Notes: generated by a model not told the origin, from the sequence alone. 64,000 nucleotides of DNA from an uncultured Gammaproteobacteria bacterium (GCA_964445095.1 CAYUJR010000002.1:5176-69175), one strand, 5' to 3'. Positions 47,147 to 57,420 are shown, counted from the stretch's first letter. A program made the numbers and translations.

Positions 47147-48777
47147 TTTCGCAAGAATTCAATAAAAATTGGGTGAGGCGACAGCGGTCTGCTTTTATAT
47201 TCGGGATGTCCTTGAGTACCAAGATAAAAGGGGTGGTTGGGGATTTCGATAATTTCTGCCAAGTTTTCTACCACCGAGCGAGCAGAAATAATCAGGCCAT
47301 TTTTTTCAAAAAGAGAGGTAAACTTATCATTAAATTCATAGCGATGTCGGTGTCTCTCGCTGGTTAAGCCGGTCTTCTTGTTTAAGAACGCATCGTTCTT
47401 ATTATAAATATCCCAAGTTAGCGTCCCCCTTTTAACTACTGCCTGCCAGGCGCCCAGCCTCATGGTACCGCCATAAGCGCGATGTTCCATAAACTTTTTT
47501 TGGGCCGGCATCAGATGAATAACAGGATGAGAAGTTTTTGGATCGTTTTCCGTAGTGTTGGCATCCTCGAGGTTTAATACATCGCGAGCAAAAGAGATAA
47601 CTGCCAACTGCATGCCGTAGCAAAGACCTAAATAGGGGATTTTTTTATCACGGGCAAAGCCGGCGGCCTTAATCATTCCTTCCGCTCCTCGCTCTCCCCA
47701 GCCAATCGGTACAATTATGCCATCAACTTTTCCTAAAGACTCTTCTGGTTTAAACACTTTTTCTGCATCCACCCAGTGGGTTTTTAAATTGATGTTGTGA
47801 TATAGGGCGCCGTGAGACAGAGCGTCAAAAAGAGCGGCGTAAGAATCGCGTAACTGATAATTGCCAGTGCCAAAATATTTGCCGACAATGGCAATCTCGA
47901 CTGTTTTATTTTTTGGGCTGTTAATTTTTTCGACTAATTTTACCCAACTGGTTAAAGCCGGTTTTTTAAAAGGCAGGCCCAGTTTCCGGCAAATTTTGCT
48001 GTCTAAATTCTGCTCTCGCAGTTGTAGCGGAATTTTATAAACAGAGGAAACATCGGGGCTCGAAATAATATCATCTTCATGCATATTACAAAATAAGGCA
48101 AAGCGCTGCCTTCGGCGTAAATCTAAATACCGGTCAGAACGAGCGATGATAAAATCCGGTTGAATTCCCATAGAATTGAGCGTCTTGACAGACAGTTGGG
48201 TAGGTTTGGTTTTGGGCTCGCCCAGATGCGGCGGCGTCGGCACATAACTGACATGAACATGAATGACATCTCGGGGGTTTTTTAAGGTTAAAATTCTGGC
48301 AGCCTCATAGTATAAGGCATTTTGATATTCTCCCACGGTTCCGCCGAGTTCAATAATGACGATTTGCATACCTTTACCAGCCCGATTAATTCTTCTCTTA
48401 ATCTCGTCGGTAACATAGGGAATGGCCTCCACATCCTCCCCTTGATATTCAAAGGCCCGTTCTTTATCAATCACCGTTTTATAAATTTGACCCATGGTAA
48501 CAAAATTATTTTCTCCCATATTTTCATTAAGAAATTTTTCATAACTGCCAATATCCATGTCTGTTTCCGTACCGTCCTCGCATAGAAATGGGTCGCCATG
48601 TTCAATGGGGTTGATAGTACCGGCATCTAAATTTAGATAATTTTCAAACTTTACGGGGGCGATTTTAAATCCGGCACTTTTTAAAAGAAGTGCGATAGAG
48701 GCGGTGGTGATTCCCTTACCAATACCAGAGATTACTCCACCGGAAACAAAAATGTACTTAAGGTTTTCGCGCGGCAT
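47137..48777 (-). CDS. pyrG: CTP synthase PyrG
   Basis: KYIFVSGGVISGIGKGITTAS start and a C-terminal GATase with GLCYGMQ. Confidence 0.95.
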   Translation of the reverse strand: MPRENLKYIFVSGGVISGIGKGITTASIALLLKSAGFKIAPVKFENYLNLDAGTINPIEHGDPFLCEDGTETDMDIGSYEKFLNENMGENNFVTMGQIYKTVIDKERAFEYQGEDVEAIPYVTDEIKRRINRAGKGMQIVIIELGGTVGEYQNALYYEAARILTLKNPRDVIHVHVSYVPTPPHLGEPKTKPTQLSVKTLNSMGIQPDFIIARSDRYLDLRRRQRFALFCNMHEDDIISSPDVSSVYKIPLQLREQNLDSKICRKLGLPFKKPALTSWVKLVEKINSPKNKTVEIAIVGKYFGTGNYQLRDSYAALFDALSHGALYHNINLKTHWVDAEKVFKPEESLGKVDGIIVPIGWGERGAEGMIKAAGFARDKKIPYLGLCYGMQLAVISFARDVLNLEDANTTENDPKTSHPVIHLMPAQKKFMEHRAYGGTMRLGAWQAVVKRGTLTWDIYNKNDAFLNKKTGLTSERHRHRYEFNDKFTSLFEKNGLIISARSVVENLAEIIEIPNHPFYLGTQGHPEYKSRPLSPHPIFIEFLRNCL

Positions 48778-48847
48778 GATTTATCATAACAAAAACAACA
48801 AAAATAGTCAAGAGAAAAAAACCAAGGGATCAGAGGTGTTTAGACAT

Positions 48848-49537
48848 TTATTTACTTAAAATTTCAGAATGCATTACTCTAAAGGCCTGTGAGCTTCCGT
48901 CTTTAACAAATATTTCGGGTATCACTCCTAAGGGGGAAAGAGAAAGACTCTGCTTATGATAATCTACTTTAGTAGGTATACCATGGAGCGGAACACTAAA
49001 AGACCCACCAGCTTCTGATTCTAAAGCTGCCGTTACCCCTCCATTAGTAGCTGGTACGTTTATATATGGTTTGCCATCAATTAAAATATTTTCTAGATTT
49101 CTCTTGTCGTTCAAATACACTGCCGTAAAATTGCCGTCCAAACCTGATCGATAAATCAACCACGCTTGCCCTTTTTGATGATCAATTGCTTCCCAGGGGT
49201 TATTAACGATCTCTACTAAAGTACCACTGCCGCCTTTGTATCCCACAGCGGGACCAGTTTGAATATCATCTGAATATGCTGGGGAAGCAAACCATCTTAA
49301 TCTTGTAGCTCCTTTATTAATTGTCACAACTCCTCTAACTATTTCTAATGGTTGTCCAGGTTTTATCCTTTCTCTCATTAGTTCTTGAAATCTAATTGCT
49401 TCTGGGGGTAATTGTTCTTCCTGACGATATGCAAGACATGATGTCACTAGCAACGGAGAAACTACAACTAAACTACCTCCTAGTGAGAGTTTTTGTAAAA
49501 ATTTTCTTCGTGTGCTTCCGCGTTCCAACACCTGCAT
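48848..49537 (-). CDS. Hypothetical exported protein with twin-arginine signal peptide
   Basis: STRRKFLQKLSLGG matches the S/T-R-R-x-F-L-K Tat consensus. Confidence 0.55.
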   Translation of the reverse strand: MQVLERGSTRRKFLQKLSLGGSLVVVSPLLVTSCLAYRQEEQLPPEAIRFQELMRERIKPGQPLEIVRGVVTINKGATRLRWFASPAYSDDIQTGPAVGYKGGSGTLVEIVNNPWEAIDHQKGQAWLIYRSGLDGNFTAVYLNDKRNLENILIDGKPYINVPATNGGVTAALESEAGGSFSVPLHGIPTKVDYHKQSLSLSPLGVIPEIFVKDGSSQAFRVMHSEILSK

Positions 49538-49595
49538 AAGTAGAAGTATTATATCACACTATATCACATCTTGTCAAATAAAATGGTTATTGGCC

Positions 49596-50780
49596 TCATT
49601 TTAACTCAAAAGGTACTCTCACCATAGAATGAGGATTATCCCATATTCCTCGAGAGTAGACCAAAACTCCAGTTCTATCCGTAATTTGATCTGTAGGTTT
49701 ATTTAAAGACCAAAGGCTCGGATTACTGGCCCATAACTGACCTCTTTTATGAGGATATTGCCCTTGAGGAAATTTTAAGATAAGCTTAGCCTCGTCCCAG
49801 GTTAAACCATCGTTTGAAGTAGTTACGCAAAATCCAACATGCGTTTCAAAAACAGCCAGGTATTTACCTAAATAGGTATTATAGCTTACACTAGGGAGTG
49901 CGGCATACCCACTCTCCGCTATATCGGCTGGTATAGGAATAACTGGTGATACAGTAGTGGGGGAAACTTCAACTCCTTTTTGAAAACCATTTTTTGTATA
50001 ATGTTCGAAGGCTCCAACATTATCCCCTTTTACCTCTGTTCTAGAAAGGTGAATTTGATATTCTCGCCCTTCATGAGAAGGCCAATAAATATAATAAACA
50101 TAGACAAATCGCTTATCCCCTTCCTCTTTAATAATCGCACAAGGTTGACCTACTCCAGTAACATTTTTTCCAGGTTGTAATGCATCAGCTGCTTTTAAAG
50201 CAACTCCTTTATCCAACCAATTTTTTCCTCCATCAACTGATTCTAAAATACCAATAGTACTCGTGAAGTTACGATAATCTAAAGAACCATCTCTATTTGC
50301 CCATTGTTCATTGTGGGTTATCCCAAAAAGATGATTAGGATTTTCCTTGTTTAACTGAAGGATGCTTGTAATTGCAGTATATCCATTTCTATATTCCCCC
50401 CCCCTATCAGGGCCAACCACAGGTATGGCTTGTCCTTGCTGGTTACGTTCTCTTGGTATAAATAGACTTCCTTTATCTTCTAGCATGGCGAACGAAGCTG
50501 CATTTCCAGAAACATAATATTCCCGCCTTCCATCGGGAAAAGTTATATAAGGAATATGGCCGTCGGGAGTCCAGTTGATACCATATTTTGACAGCTGAAT
50601 TGGTTCCTCTTTACCAAGCATCATCAAATCATTTTCCGGAGTTTCAAATCCTCCTCTGGTTGACCGTTCATTAACAAGCAGTGCGCCTCGTCCTAGAGCA
50701 ACAGCTCCCAATCCAATCGCTCCCCATTTAATTGCAGTTCGTCGAGTTATTTGAAGTCGTTTAGGTGTATCTTCTGCCAT
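49596..50780 (-). CDS. Tat-signal exported protein, beta-propeller/glycosidase-like (function unknown)
   Basis: ITRRTAIKWGAIGLGAVALG Tat-type leader. Rich in W/Y/G, as in propeller folds. Confidence 0.45.
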   Translation of the reverse strand: MAEDTPKRLQITRRTAIKWGAIGLGAVALGRGALLVNERSTRGGFETPENDLMMLGKEEPIQLSKYGINWTPDGHIPYITFPDGRREYYVSGNAASFAMLEDKGSLFIPRERNQQGQAIPVVGPDRGGEYRNGYTAITSILQLNKENPNHLFGITHNEQWANRDGSLDYRNFTSTIGILESVDGGKNWLDKGVALKAADALQPGKNVTGVGQPCAIIKEEGDKRFVYVYYIYWPSHEGREYQIHLSRTEVKGDNVGAFEHYTKNGFQKGVEVSPTTVSPVIPIPADIAESGYAALPSVSYNTYLGKYLAVFETHVGFCVTTSNDGLTWDEAKLILKFPQGQYPHKRGQLWASNPSLWSLNKPTDQITDRTGVLVYSRGIWDNPHSMVRVPFELK

Positions 50781-53700
50781 ATTTTATTAAATACATTATA
50801 GCCGATATTATGAGCAATAGAAAGCCTAGATACTCGAGGTATTGGGGAAGATAAAGAATGACGAGGCTGGAAGCTGGAGGCTGGAAGCTGGAATTATTCA
50901 GCACCCATCCATTAGCCCAGTTGTTAACTAGGACGTGGTTTTTAATTTCTCTACCAAACACCATTGGTAGTATTTGACATTTGACATTTGACATTTGACA
51001 TTGATACGCTTTCCATCCTGTGTCATAAGACTGGGAAAGAACAAGGACGGGATTATTAATTGTTAAATTGTTAAATTGCTCAATTGTTATGGAATAAAGA
51101 CTGGGGTTGGGGTGATTGACCTCGAGCTCGGTTAATCTGACAGGAAACTGGTTAGTGCTTGATTTTTTCAAAACCAGACCGGTTAGGAATTTATAGGGGA
51201 TGGGGTTGACAGTAATTTTACCCAGTTCATTAGTGGATTTTTCTTTACCGATTGAGACATTGTCAAAATGGAGGACGTATCCTACCCCGTCTTTTTCCAT
51301 GGGAGGCTGGATAAAATAGCTAGACGCTAAATGCTTGCTGCTAGACGCTGGTAAATAAGTTTCAATGTCGGCACGTCTCGAGTTGGGGTTTTCCAGCCAA
51401 AAAAGAATAGGGCGACCAGAGATGTTTTTAGTTTCCGCTGTAATAAGGTAGGCCATGTCATGCGTCAAATTGGGTAGATTAAAAGCGGTACAGTTACTGT
51501 TATTTATTAACGTCAATCGCAAGAAGCCGCGGACAACATTGTCGCAATTGACAGTAGTCGGTTCAATCTCGGCACTGAAGTAGCCGCCGGCTTTGGGAAC
51601 TTTGACCTCGATATTTTTGCCGTCAAAAAAGACATCAAGCGGCACGGTTTTTGTTTGAGACAAGTCATTGGGGTCAACCCAGGTTAAGATTTGACTACTT
51701 GGTGGTGGCACTTCTAAAACATAGTTGTCGCTACCGGCAGGTAGAGTTTTACTAAAGGCAAAATAATCGCCCCTGTCTTCTACCGTAAATTCTAAATCTT
51801 GTTGGCTCCTGCCCGTAAATAAACTCCTAAATGGATAGTAAAAACTGGAAGCTGGAGATTGGATGCTAGAAGCTAGATAATAACCATTATCATTAAAGGC
51901 GCGGTCGTAATTATTCCATTTGTAAATGGGGCCGGTAGTAGCGAGATTTTCTGCCAAAAAGACAAAGTTGTTAACCGGCGCTTCAAGATTTACTCGATAA
52001 ACTTTAATTTTGCCTGCTTGCGCAGGCGAGCCGAATTGTTGGGTTAGGGTGACTTTATTTGAATTTTTAAGCGTCTCTTCCAATTCATCCAGATAAAGCG
52101 CCTTGGAAGAGGGAGGATTAATAATATTTTCATCAACCAGCAGCCACCTGATTTGATATTTTTCAAGGACATTTTCAAGTAACGCAGGATTTTTAGAATA
52201 AACAGCATAAGAAGCTTCCCAATAATAATTCTCATTATATGGAGACCACCGGTCAAATTCCCGATCGAGCAACGGTTGTTTTAAACCAAACCACAAAAAT
52301 CCTGCACCTTCATACTGCCAATCATAGTAAGCCCAGCCCCAAAAAGTATGGACGGGAAATTCGGCAATTCTGCCTGTTGTTTCCTGCTTGTTTAACCAGT
52401 TAAACATAGCAAAATACTCCTTTGGTATTTGTACTTTCATGCTATGACTGATTAAGTTTCCTTTAAATGCTGGCCACATATAATAAACAAGGGCAATTAA
52501 TATAGTTAAAGCTTGTAGTAAATAAAGTATTCGTTCTTTTTTTACCCTTTTAATTAATAGTCCAGTTAGCCAATTCAAGGCAACTGCAAAATAAACGGTG
52601 TAAGCAAAGAGTAGTAAAATAGAAAATTTAGTAAAGGGAAAGCGGAGAGCCTCTCTAAAAAAGGGGACCTCATTTTGTAAAAAGGCAAAAATTTCTCTAA
52701 AAAGCGGCAGATCATTAGCAATAAATAAAAACGAGACAATAAAAACAGGTAAAATTGCTAAACCATACTTTTCTTGTCTGCGAAATACTATAGCTATTCC
52801 TCTTAAAACTAAAGTAAAAATACCGTAAGCAATAAAATTTGCAATCGGGCTATTTAGATGTGGAGTCCACTCATCAAATAAACTAATAGATTCTTGTTTT
52901 TTGTCATCATATTCTCCCCAGTCAAATAAAAAGTTTTTCAAAATTGCCGTGTCTTTGATGGTGCCAAATTGTCTGCCAGTTAAAAAAGCTTTTTCCGAGA
53001 ATTGAGTATGAATTTTTGAGTCGACTACATCCTTGCCGTGACTTGCAACAAAATAAATATTAGGCAATAACCAGAAGCTATTTAATACGAGAGTGGTCAG
53101 TAGAATTAACAAAGCTCGCCGAATAGTCTCCTTGAAAGAGAAAAAGGCTAAAGTACTAATATATAATAGTAAACCCAAAAAATAGGCATAAAAAAGCGTG
53201 GCGGTGTGGGCCATAGAGGTTGACAGAATAGTTATTAATGAGAAAAATATCAGATTTCTGCTTGTTCCATTCTCTAAATATTTACTGGTAAAAAGAAATA
53301 GCCAGGGAAGGGTGGCAAAGTGGGTGGCAAACATCTCCAGCGGTACATAATAATGTTGAAGGGTAGCTAGATTTAAAAGATATAGCAGAGCTCCACTAAA
53401 AGCGGCTGTTTGGCCAGCTATGCGGGGCAAGTTTTTTAAAATAACCCGTTCTAGAAAAAAGTAAGTCCCCAGCGTGCCAGCAATTAGAGTCAAGAAAAAA
53501 TAGCCGTAGCGCAAAAATGAGTCGGGAAGAATAAGCGAAGATAAATAATAAATAAACATTCGGGGAAGCTCCGAAGCATGGGCTTGCGAAGCAACAGCCC
53601 CCAGTCCTTGATGTTCTTGCCAAACACCAAAGAAAATTCGTTTAAAATAAAGTCCAAAGTCAAACTCCGGATGTAGCGTATCCCAACCGGAAAGATAAGT

Positions 53701-53793
53701 GCCAGGCGAATAATTTACCCAACAAATAATAACAGTAAGAATAAATAATGCTAAAGGAAAAATATTTCTTTTAAATATTGGAGATATTCGCAT
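50761..53793 (-). CDS. Large (1010 aa) polytopic membrane protein with huge extracytoplasmic domain; GT-C-like (YfhO/AftD-like) candidate
   Basis: About 12 N-terminal TM helices, then roughly 550 aa soluble, then a C-terminal TM. Carries three heptamer-array inserts (50866-50893, 50973-51000, 51846-51877). Confidence 0.5.
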   Translation of the reverse strand: MRISPIFKRNIFPLALFILTVIICWVNYSPGTYLSGWDTLHPEFDFGLYFKRIFFGVWQEHQGLGAVASQAHASELPRMFIYYLSSLILPDSFLRYGYFFLTLIAGTLGTYFFLERVILKNLPRIAGQTAAFSGALLYLLNLATLQHYYVPLEMFATHFATLPWLFLFTSKYLENGTSRNLIFFSLITILSTSMAHTATLFYAYFLGLLLYISTLAFFSFKETIRRALLILLTTLVLNSFWLLPNIYFVASHGKDVVDSKIHTQFSEKAFLTGRQFGTIKDTAILKNFLFDWGEYDDKKQESISLFDEWTPHLNSPIANFIAYGIFTLVLRGIAIVFRRQEKYGLAILPVFIVSFLFIANDLPLFREIFAFLQNEVPFFREALRFPFTKFSILLLFAYTVYFAVALNWLTGLLIKRVKKERILYLLQALTILIALVYYMWPAFKGNLISHSMKVQIPKEYFAMFNWLNKQETTGRIAEFPVHTFWGWAYYDWQYEGAGFLWFGLKQPLLDREFDRWSPYNENYYWEASYAVYSKNPALLENVLEKYQIRWLLVDENIINPPSSKALYLDELEETLKNSNKVTLTQQFGSPAQAGKIKVYRVNLEAPVNNFVFLAENLATTGPIYKWNNYDRAFNDNGYYLASSIQSPASSFYYPFRSLFTGRSQQDLEFTVEDRGDYFAFSKTLPAGSDNYVLEVPPPSSQILTWVDPNDLSQTKTVPLDVFFDGKNIEVKVPKAGGYFSAEIEPTTVNCDNVVRGFLRLTLINNSNCTAFNLPNLTHDMAYLITAETKNISGRPILFWLENPNSRRADIETYLPASSSKHLASSYFIQPPMEKDGVGYVLHFDNVSIGKEKSTNELGKITVNPIPYKFLTGLVLKKSSTNQFPVRLTELEVNHPNPSLYSITIEQFNNLTINNPVLVLSQSYDTGWKAYQCQMSNVKCQILPMVFGREIKNHVLVNNWANGWVLNNSSFQPPASSLVILYLPQYLEYLGFLLLIISAIMYLIKYGRRYT
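50866..50893. repeat. (GCTGGAR)x4 heptamer array inside the 1010-aa membrane-protein gene
   Basis: The minus-strand reading TTCCAGC TTCCAGC CTCCAGC TTCCAGC encodes SSFQPPASSL. Same family as the glmS array. Confidence 0.9.
50973..51000. repeat. (TTTGACA)x4 heptamer array inside the same gene
   Basis: The minus-strand reading (TGTCAAA)4 encodes QCQMSNVKCQ. It is one transition away from the GT2 ATATCAA unit. Confidence 0.9.
51846..51877. repeat. Degenerate heptamer array (CTGGAAG CTGGAGA TTGGATG CTAGAAG) inside the same gene
   Basis: The minus strand encodes ...SSIQSPASSF... Confidence 0.6.
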
Positions 53794-53801
53794 ATTGTAA
53801 G

Positions 53802-54716
53802 TTAAGTTTTTATTGCACTGGGTGTACTAGGTATTATTGGATTTTGGAATGGAGTTGTTAAAATTTTAGTGTATATAAAGTAATAAAGATTATTAACAGT
53901 CTGCGGTGGGAAAAATTCCGATAACGCTTCAGCGAAAAAATTATAACCGTGAAGTGCGTATTTTATTATATCAAAAACAAATCGACTATCACGATATCTT
54001 TCTAAGTCTGAAGGCGTCAGGTTATCGCCGCTTCTTCCTCTGCTAGGACGACCTAAAGTTGACGACATATCTGAGTAGAACTTACATTTTTCTTGTACTT
54101 CAGGCTCCAGTCTATCACAACCGCCGCTTTCTAGAGCTCGTTTATTAAAAATACTGTATTTTTCTTCAATCCTTTGATATAACTCGCCCTCCGGATTTCT
54201 TAACTCTGAAAGTTTTTTACCTAATATTCTCTCAACGTTTAGTACCCATGGCGTCCAACCTGCAGGGCTAAGACCATCAGGATGATTTCTTGGTATCCAG
54301 AGATCCACCAACTTTTCAAGAAATGTTTCATGAAATCGAAATTGTGGATAGTTTTCAGGTAAAAATTGGTCTGGGAATATTTGTATAGCATACTCGTGTG
54401 GAGATAAATATTCACCTCTATTTTCCCTAATTATTTTTAAACGCAAACCCTTAGATTCGTTTCTGTAAAAGTGACGGGGAATTCTGTCTAAAGATGATTC
54501 CAATAGATCGAGCTCCTGTTTATGCCAGTAGCCTGCACGAACATCTGCAGAAAAATTAATATCAAATCTTATTGCAATCTCACGTTCTAGTTGTTGCACT
54601 GTTTGAAGCTCTGTAGGTTCTCTAAAGACATGAAAATTCTCTACGGCTTTTCCTACAGCTAAACCTGCCAAACTTGCTGATGCTCCAATAATTAACTCTC
54701 TTCGTGTGAATGGCAT
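53802..54716 (-). CDS. Hypothetical exported protein with Tat-type signal
   Basis: FTRRELIIGASASLAGLAVG leader. Confidence 0.5.
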   Translation of the reverse strand: MPFTRRELIIGASASLAGLAVGKAVENFHVFREPTELQTVQQLEREIAIRFDINFSADVRAGYWHKQELDLLESSLDRIPRHFYRNESKGLRLKIIRENRGEYLSPHEYAIQIFPDQFLPENYPQFRFHETFLEKLVDLWIPRNHPDGLSPAGWTPWVLNVERILGKKLSELRNPEGELYQRIEEKYSIFNKRALESGGCDRLEPEVQEKCKFYSDMSSTLGRPSRGRSGDNLTPSDLERYRDSRFVFDIIKYALHGYNFFAEALSEFFPPQTVNNLYYFIYTKILTTPFQNPIIPSTPSAIKT

Positions 54717-54733
54717 AGACGAAGTATAGCATA

Positions 54734-56308
54734 CTATAAGTCTTTTATCAAGGTGATTTCATAGATGGATAAATTATCTCCATCAGGTAAGGAGTATTGT
54801 TTAATTAGCTTTACTTTCTCAGGGTAAGAATGAATTAAATATTCTTTTAATTGTTTTAGGATAGATAAATGACGTAGCACACCTTCTGGGCCAAAGCTTT
54901 CATTTGGAATCAAAACGTAATCAAAATAAGCTAAATATGCCTTCATTTTTGATGTTTCAGTAAACGGGTTTAAATTGTAAGGAGCCCTAAATTTTATGGA
55001 AGTATTTCTCTGTTTTCTCTGATGTAGTTCTAAATTCATTGCATTAAGCTCACTTTTATCGACTAAAACTAAAACTTTTATGAGCTCATTCGAATTTATT
55101 GAGCTTAAGTCAGCAATAATTTGCTTGTGGGGCCAGACCGTTGTTTCATGTTTCGGGGCCAAATATTGACTGGTGTTTTTACCCAAGTTAATATAGTCAA
55201 TCCAACCGACTATAGGAAGCTTAACTGCTCTTTGATAGTCAACTATTTTGGGATTGAAAGGAAAGCCAAAAGACAGACTAAAGAAATATAGAAAAAAATA
55301 TAGGCCAACGAATAGACTTATCAAAATACCCCAAAATTTTATAGCATTAATTATTTTTAATAACAGAAAGCCAATAGCCATTGAGGCAAAAGGTAATATA
55401 GGTAAAATATAGCGCGGGTCCTTATTGGGAATAAAGGTAAAAATGAGATAAATAGAGAATATAACTACGGTAATTAAAATACCCTTTTCTCTTTTGGTAT
55501 AAATAAGCACCGGAATAGCTACCAAAAGTAGGATTATTCCTAGCCAGGTTAAATGAAAGTTAACTAAAATCGACAAATAATAAGTAAAATTTGGTATACT
55601 TAATAGCGCCTGAGGATCAACTGCTTCAGCTGTAAAACTGACTTTTGCCCGGTTTAATATATTAGTAAAATTAATAAGATACCAGGGTAAACTGATTAAG
55701 GCAACTGTGCCTAACGATATGAACAAGTTTTTTAGATGAATTTTTTTAAGCGAAATTATAATAGGAATTAATAAATAAACTATTGCTACCCATTTTGTTA
55801 GCAGAGCAAAGCTTAAGAAAATTGTTGCTAATAATGAAGTTCTTAGATTCGCAAATTTTTTTGATTTTTCCAGGAAATATAAACTACCTAAAATCAAGGC
55901 TATCAGCGGTATTTCTAGTAAAAAATTCCGGGACTGGCTATAGACAACAGGTAAAAAAGAGAAAAAAAGAGCTGAAAATATGGCTATTTTCCCATCATTA
56001 AAAACTTCTTTGGTGTAAAGATATAAGAAACTTATTGCCATAAGGAAAAACCCAGTTACCACTAAAGGCCCAATTAATAGCAGTGGTCCAGTAAAAATCA
56101 TTATTAATGCAACTATAAGATGTGCTAATGGTGGATAATAATCCGAAATCTGGAAAAAATTAACTTGACCTTGACCTTTAAAGAAATCTACGAGGTCAAA
56201 AGAGATTAGAGTATGGCCTGCTTGATCCCAAGCTAAAGGTGATTTATCAAGTAAGATCCAAATTAAATTAGCCAGAAAATGAAAAGCAAGAAGTAGAAAC
56301 AACGGCAT
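54734..56308 (-). CDS. GT-C fold glycosyltransferase (ArnT/PMT family-39/83-like)
   Basis: Polytopic, with an N-terminal loop ...DKSPLAWDQAGH... resembling the GT-C catalytic loop. 524 aa. Confidence 0.55.
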   Translation of the reverse strand: MPLFLLLAFHFLANLIWILLDKSPLAWDQAGHTLISFDLVDFFKGQGQVNFFQISDYYPPLAHLIVALIMIFTGPLLLIGPLVVTGFFLMAISFLYLYTKEVFNDGKIAIFSALFFSFLPVVYSQSRNFLLEIPLIALILGSLYFLEKSKKFANLRTSLLATIFLSFALLTKWVAIVYLLIPIIISLKKIHLKNLFISLGTVALISLPWYLINFTNILNRAKVSFTAEAVDPQALLSIPNFTYYLSILVNFHLTWLGIILLLVAIPVLIYTKREKGILITVVIFSIYLIFTFIPNKDPRYILPILPFASMAIGFLLLKIINAIKFWGILISLFVGLYFFLYFFSLSFGFPFNPKIVDYQRAVKLPIVGWIDYINLGKNTSQYLAPKHETTVWPHKQIIADLSSINSNELIKVLVLVDKSELNAMNLELHQRKQRNTSIKFRAPYNLNPFTETSKMKAYLAYFDYVLIPNESFGPEGVLRHLSILKQLKEYLIHSYPEKVKLIKQYSLPDGDNLSIYEITLIKDL

Positions 56309-56424
56309 ACAAAAAATATATCATACTATAAGTCTTTCGTCAAGAAGCGATAGGGGAGTTATGCAAACAACCCCGTTTAAAATTTAAAACGGGGTTGCTG
56401 TACTACGATATTTTGGGCAGCGGG

Positions 56425-57420
56425 TTAATAATTCTTAAACTTGGCAGTCCAGCCTTTACCAGCATTTGCAATAGCTTCTTGCAAATTGGCTCCCCGGCCC
56501 GCACTATGTTCCCACACGCCAAAAGCTCTGGTATTTAGATCCAGATAGACAATTGTTACTCTACTGCAACCTTCAAGTCCGCAATTTGAGTCGCTTCTAT
56601 GTGAAGTTGCTACCATTTGCTTAGCTTGACCTTCAGACCAGAAAGCACTATTTTCTGCCTCACTACCTCCCGGATGTCTCATACCTAAGGTGGCCGCAGG
56701 TTGGTAGTCGGTTAACCTTACTATGGTATTTCTTGGGCTATCTTGCTTGCCATCTGGGTAAAGACCTCTAACAACAATTAAGTAGTTTCGACCCTTTTCT
56801 GCTGGTGCTTCGACTTTCATATCAGTACCAGCGATTTCAAAACTTAATTGAGGAGCGCTAAACACCGCCCATCCGCCTTCTGAAGCCAGATATGATGCTG
56901 GTGGGTCAGTAACAAATGAGTGTTGGCTATCTGGACTAAATGGTCTAATATGACCTTTGCTATCCCACATAGTTTGCCACCCATTAGGATTATCTCCCCA
57001 GGGATTATTCTTGCTTTTAGATTCAAAATCTGGTCCCACCCATAAAAAGCCAGGTTCTGCGGCAAAAGCTTCCATGCCCTGACCAAGGCTAGATTTAAAA
57101 CTACCCCGGGCCAGTTCTACGTTACTGGCGCTGTCAGGAATACCAACTGTTTTTACCCCACCCCTATCAACCATCTGAACAGGGTCTTTTTGGTCCGGTG
57201 ATGGAGCAGCCCCAGCTCTATCCGGGAGTGGTGCTCTGCCTCCGCCAGATTGAGTTCTGCTTCTATTTTCTCCAGCTGCGTCTGTCTTTGAAGCTCCTGA
57301 TAATAACCATGCTACACCAGCACCACCACCAAGAGCGCCTAATCCACCAGCTGCTACCAATCCAAGCAGTCTCCTTCTTGATGGCTGAGGTACTTGTCCT
57401 AGTTGTCTTTCTTGTGCCAT
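56425..57420 (-). CDS. Hypothetical exported protein with Tat-type signal
   Basis: SRRRLLGLVAAGGLGALGG leader. Its 5'UTR (GGGGGTGAAAGAT) is the same 13-mer as in the next gene. Confidence 0.55.
   Translation of the reverse strand: MAQERQLGQVPQPSRRRLLGLVAAGGLGALGGGAGVAWLLSGASKTDAAGENRSRTQSGGGRAPLPDRAGAAPSPDQKDPVQMVDRGGVKTVGIPDSASNVELARGSFKSSLGQGMEAFAAEPGFLWVGPDFESKSKNNPWGDNPNGWQTMWDSKGHIRPFSPDSQHSFVTDPPASYLASEGGWAVFSAPQLSFEIAGTDMKVEAPAEKGRNYLIVVRGLYPDGKQDSPRNTIVRLTDYQPAATLGMRHPGGSEAENSAFWSEGQAKQMVATSHRSDSNCGLEGCSRVTIVYLDLNTRAFGVWEHSAGRGANLQEAIANAGKGWTAKFKNY

Noticed and set aside
9062-51000. CRISPR array as explanation for the short tandem repeats
   Set aside because: Units are 7 nt with no spacers. 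Arrays are only 28-35 nt, lie inside coding sequences, and keep the reading frame. None of these fits CRISPR. No cas genes in the window.
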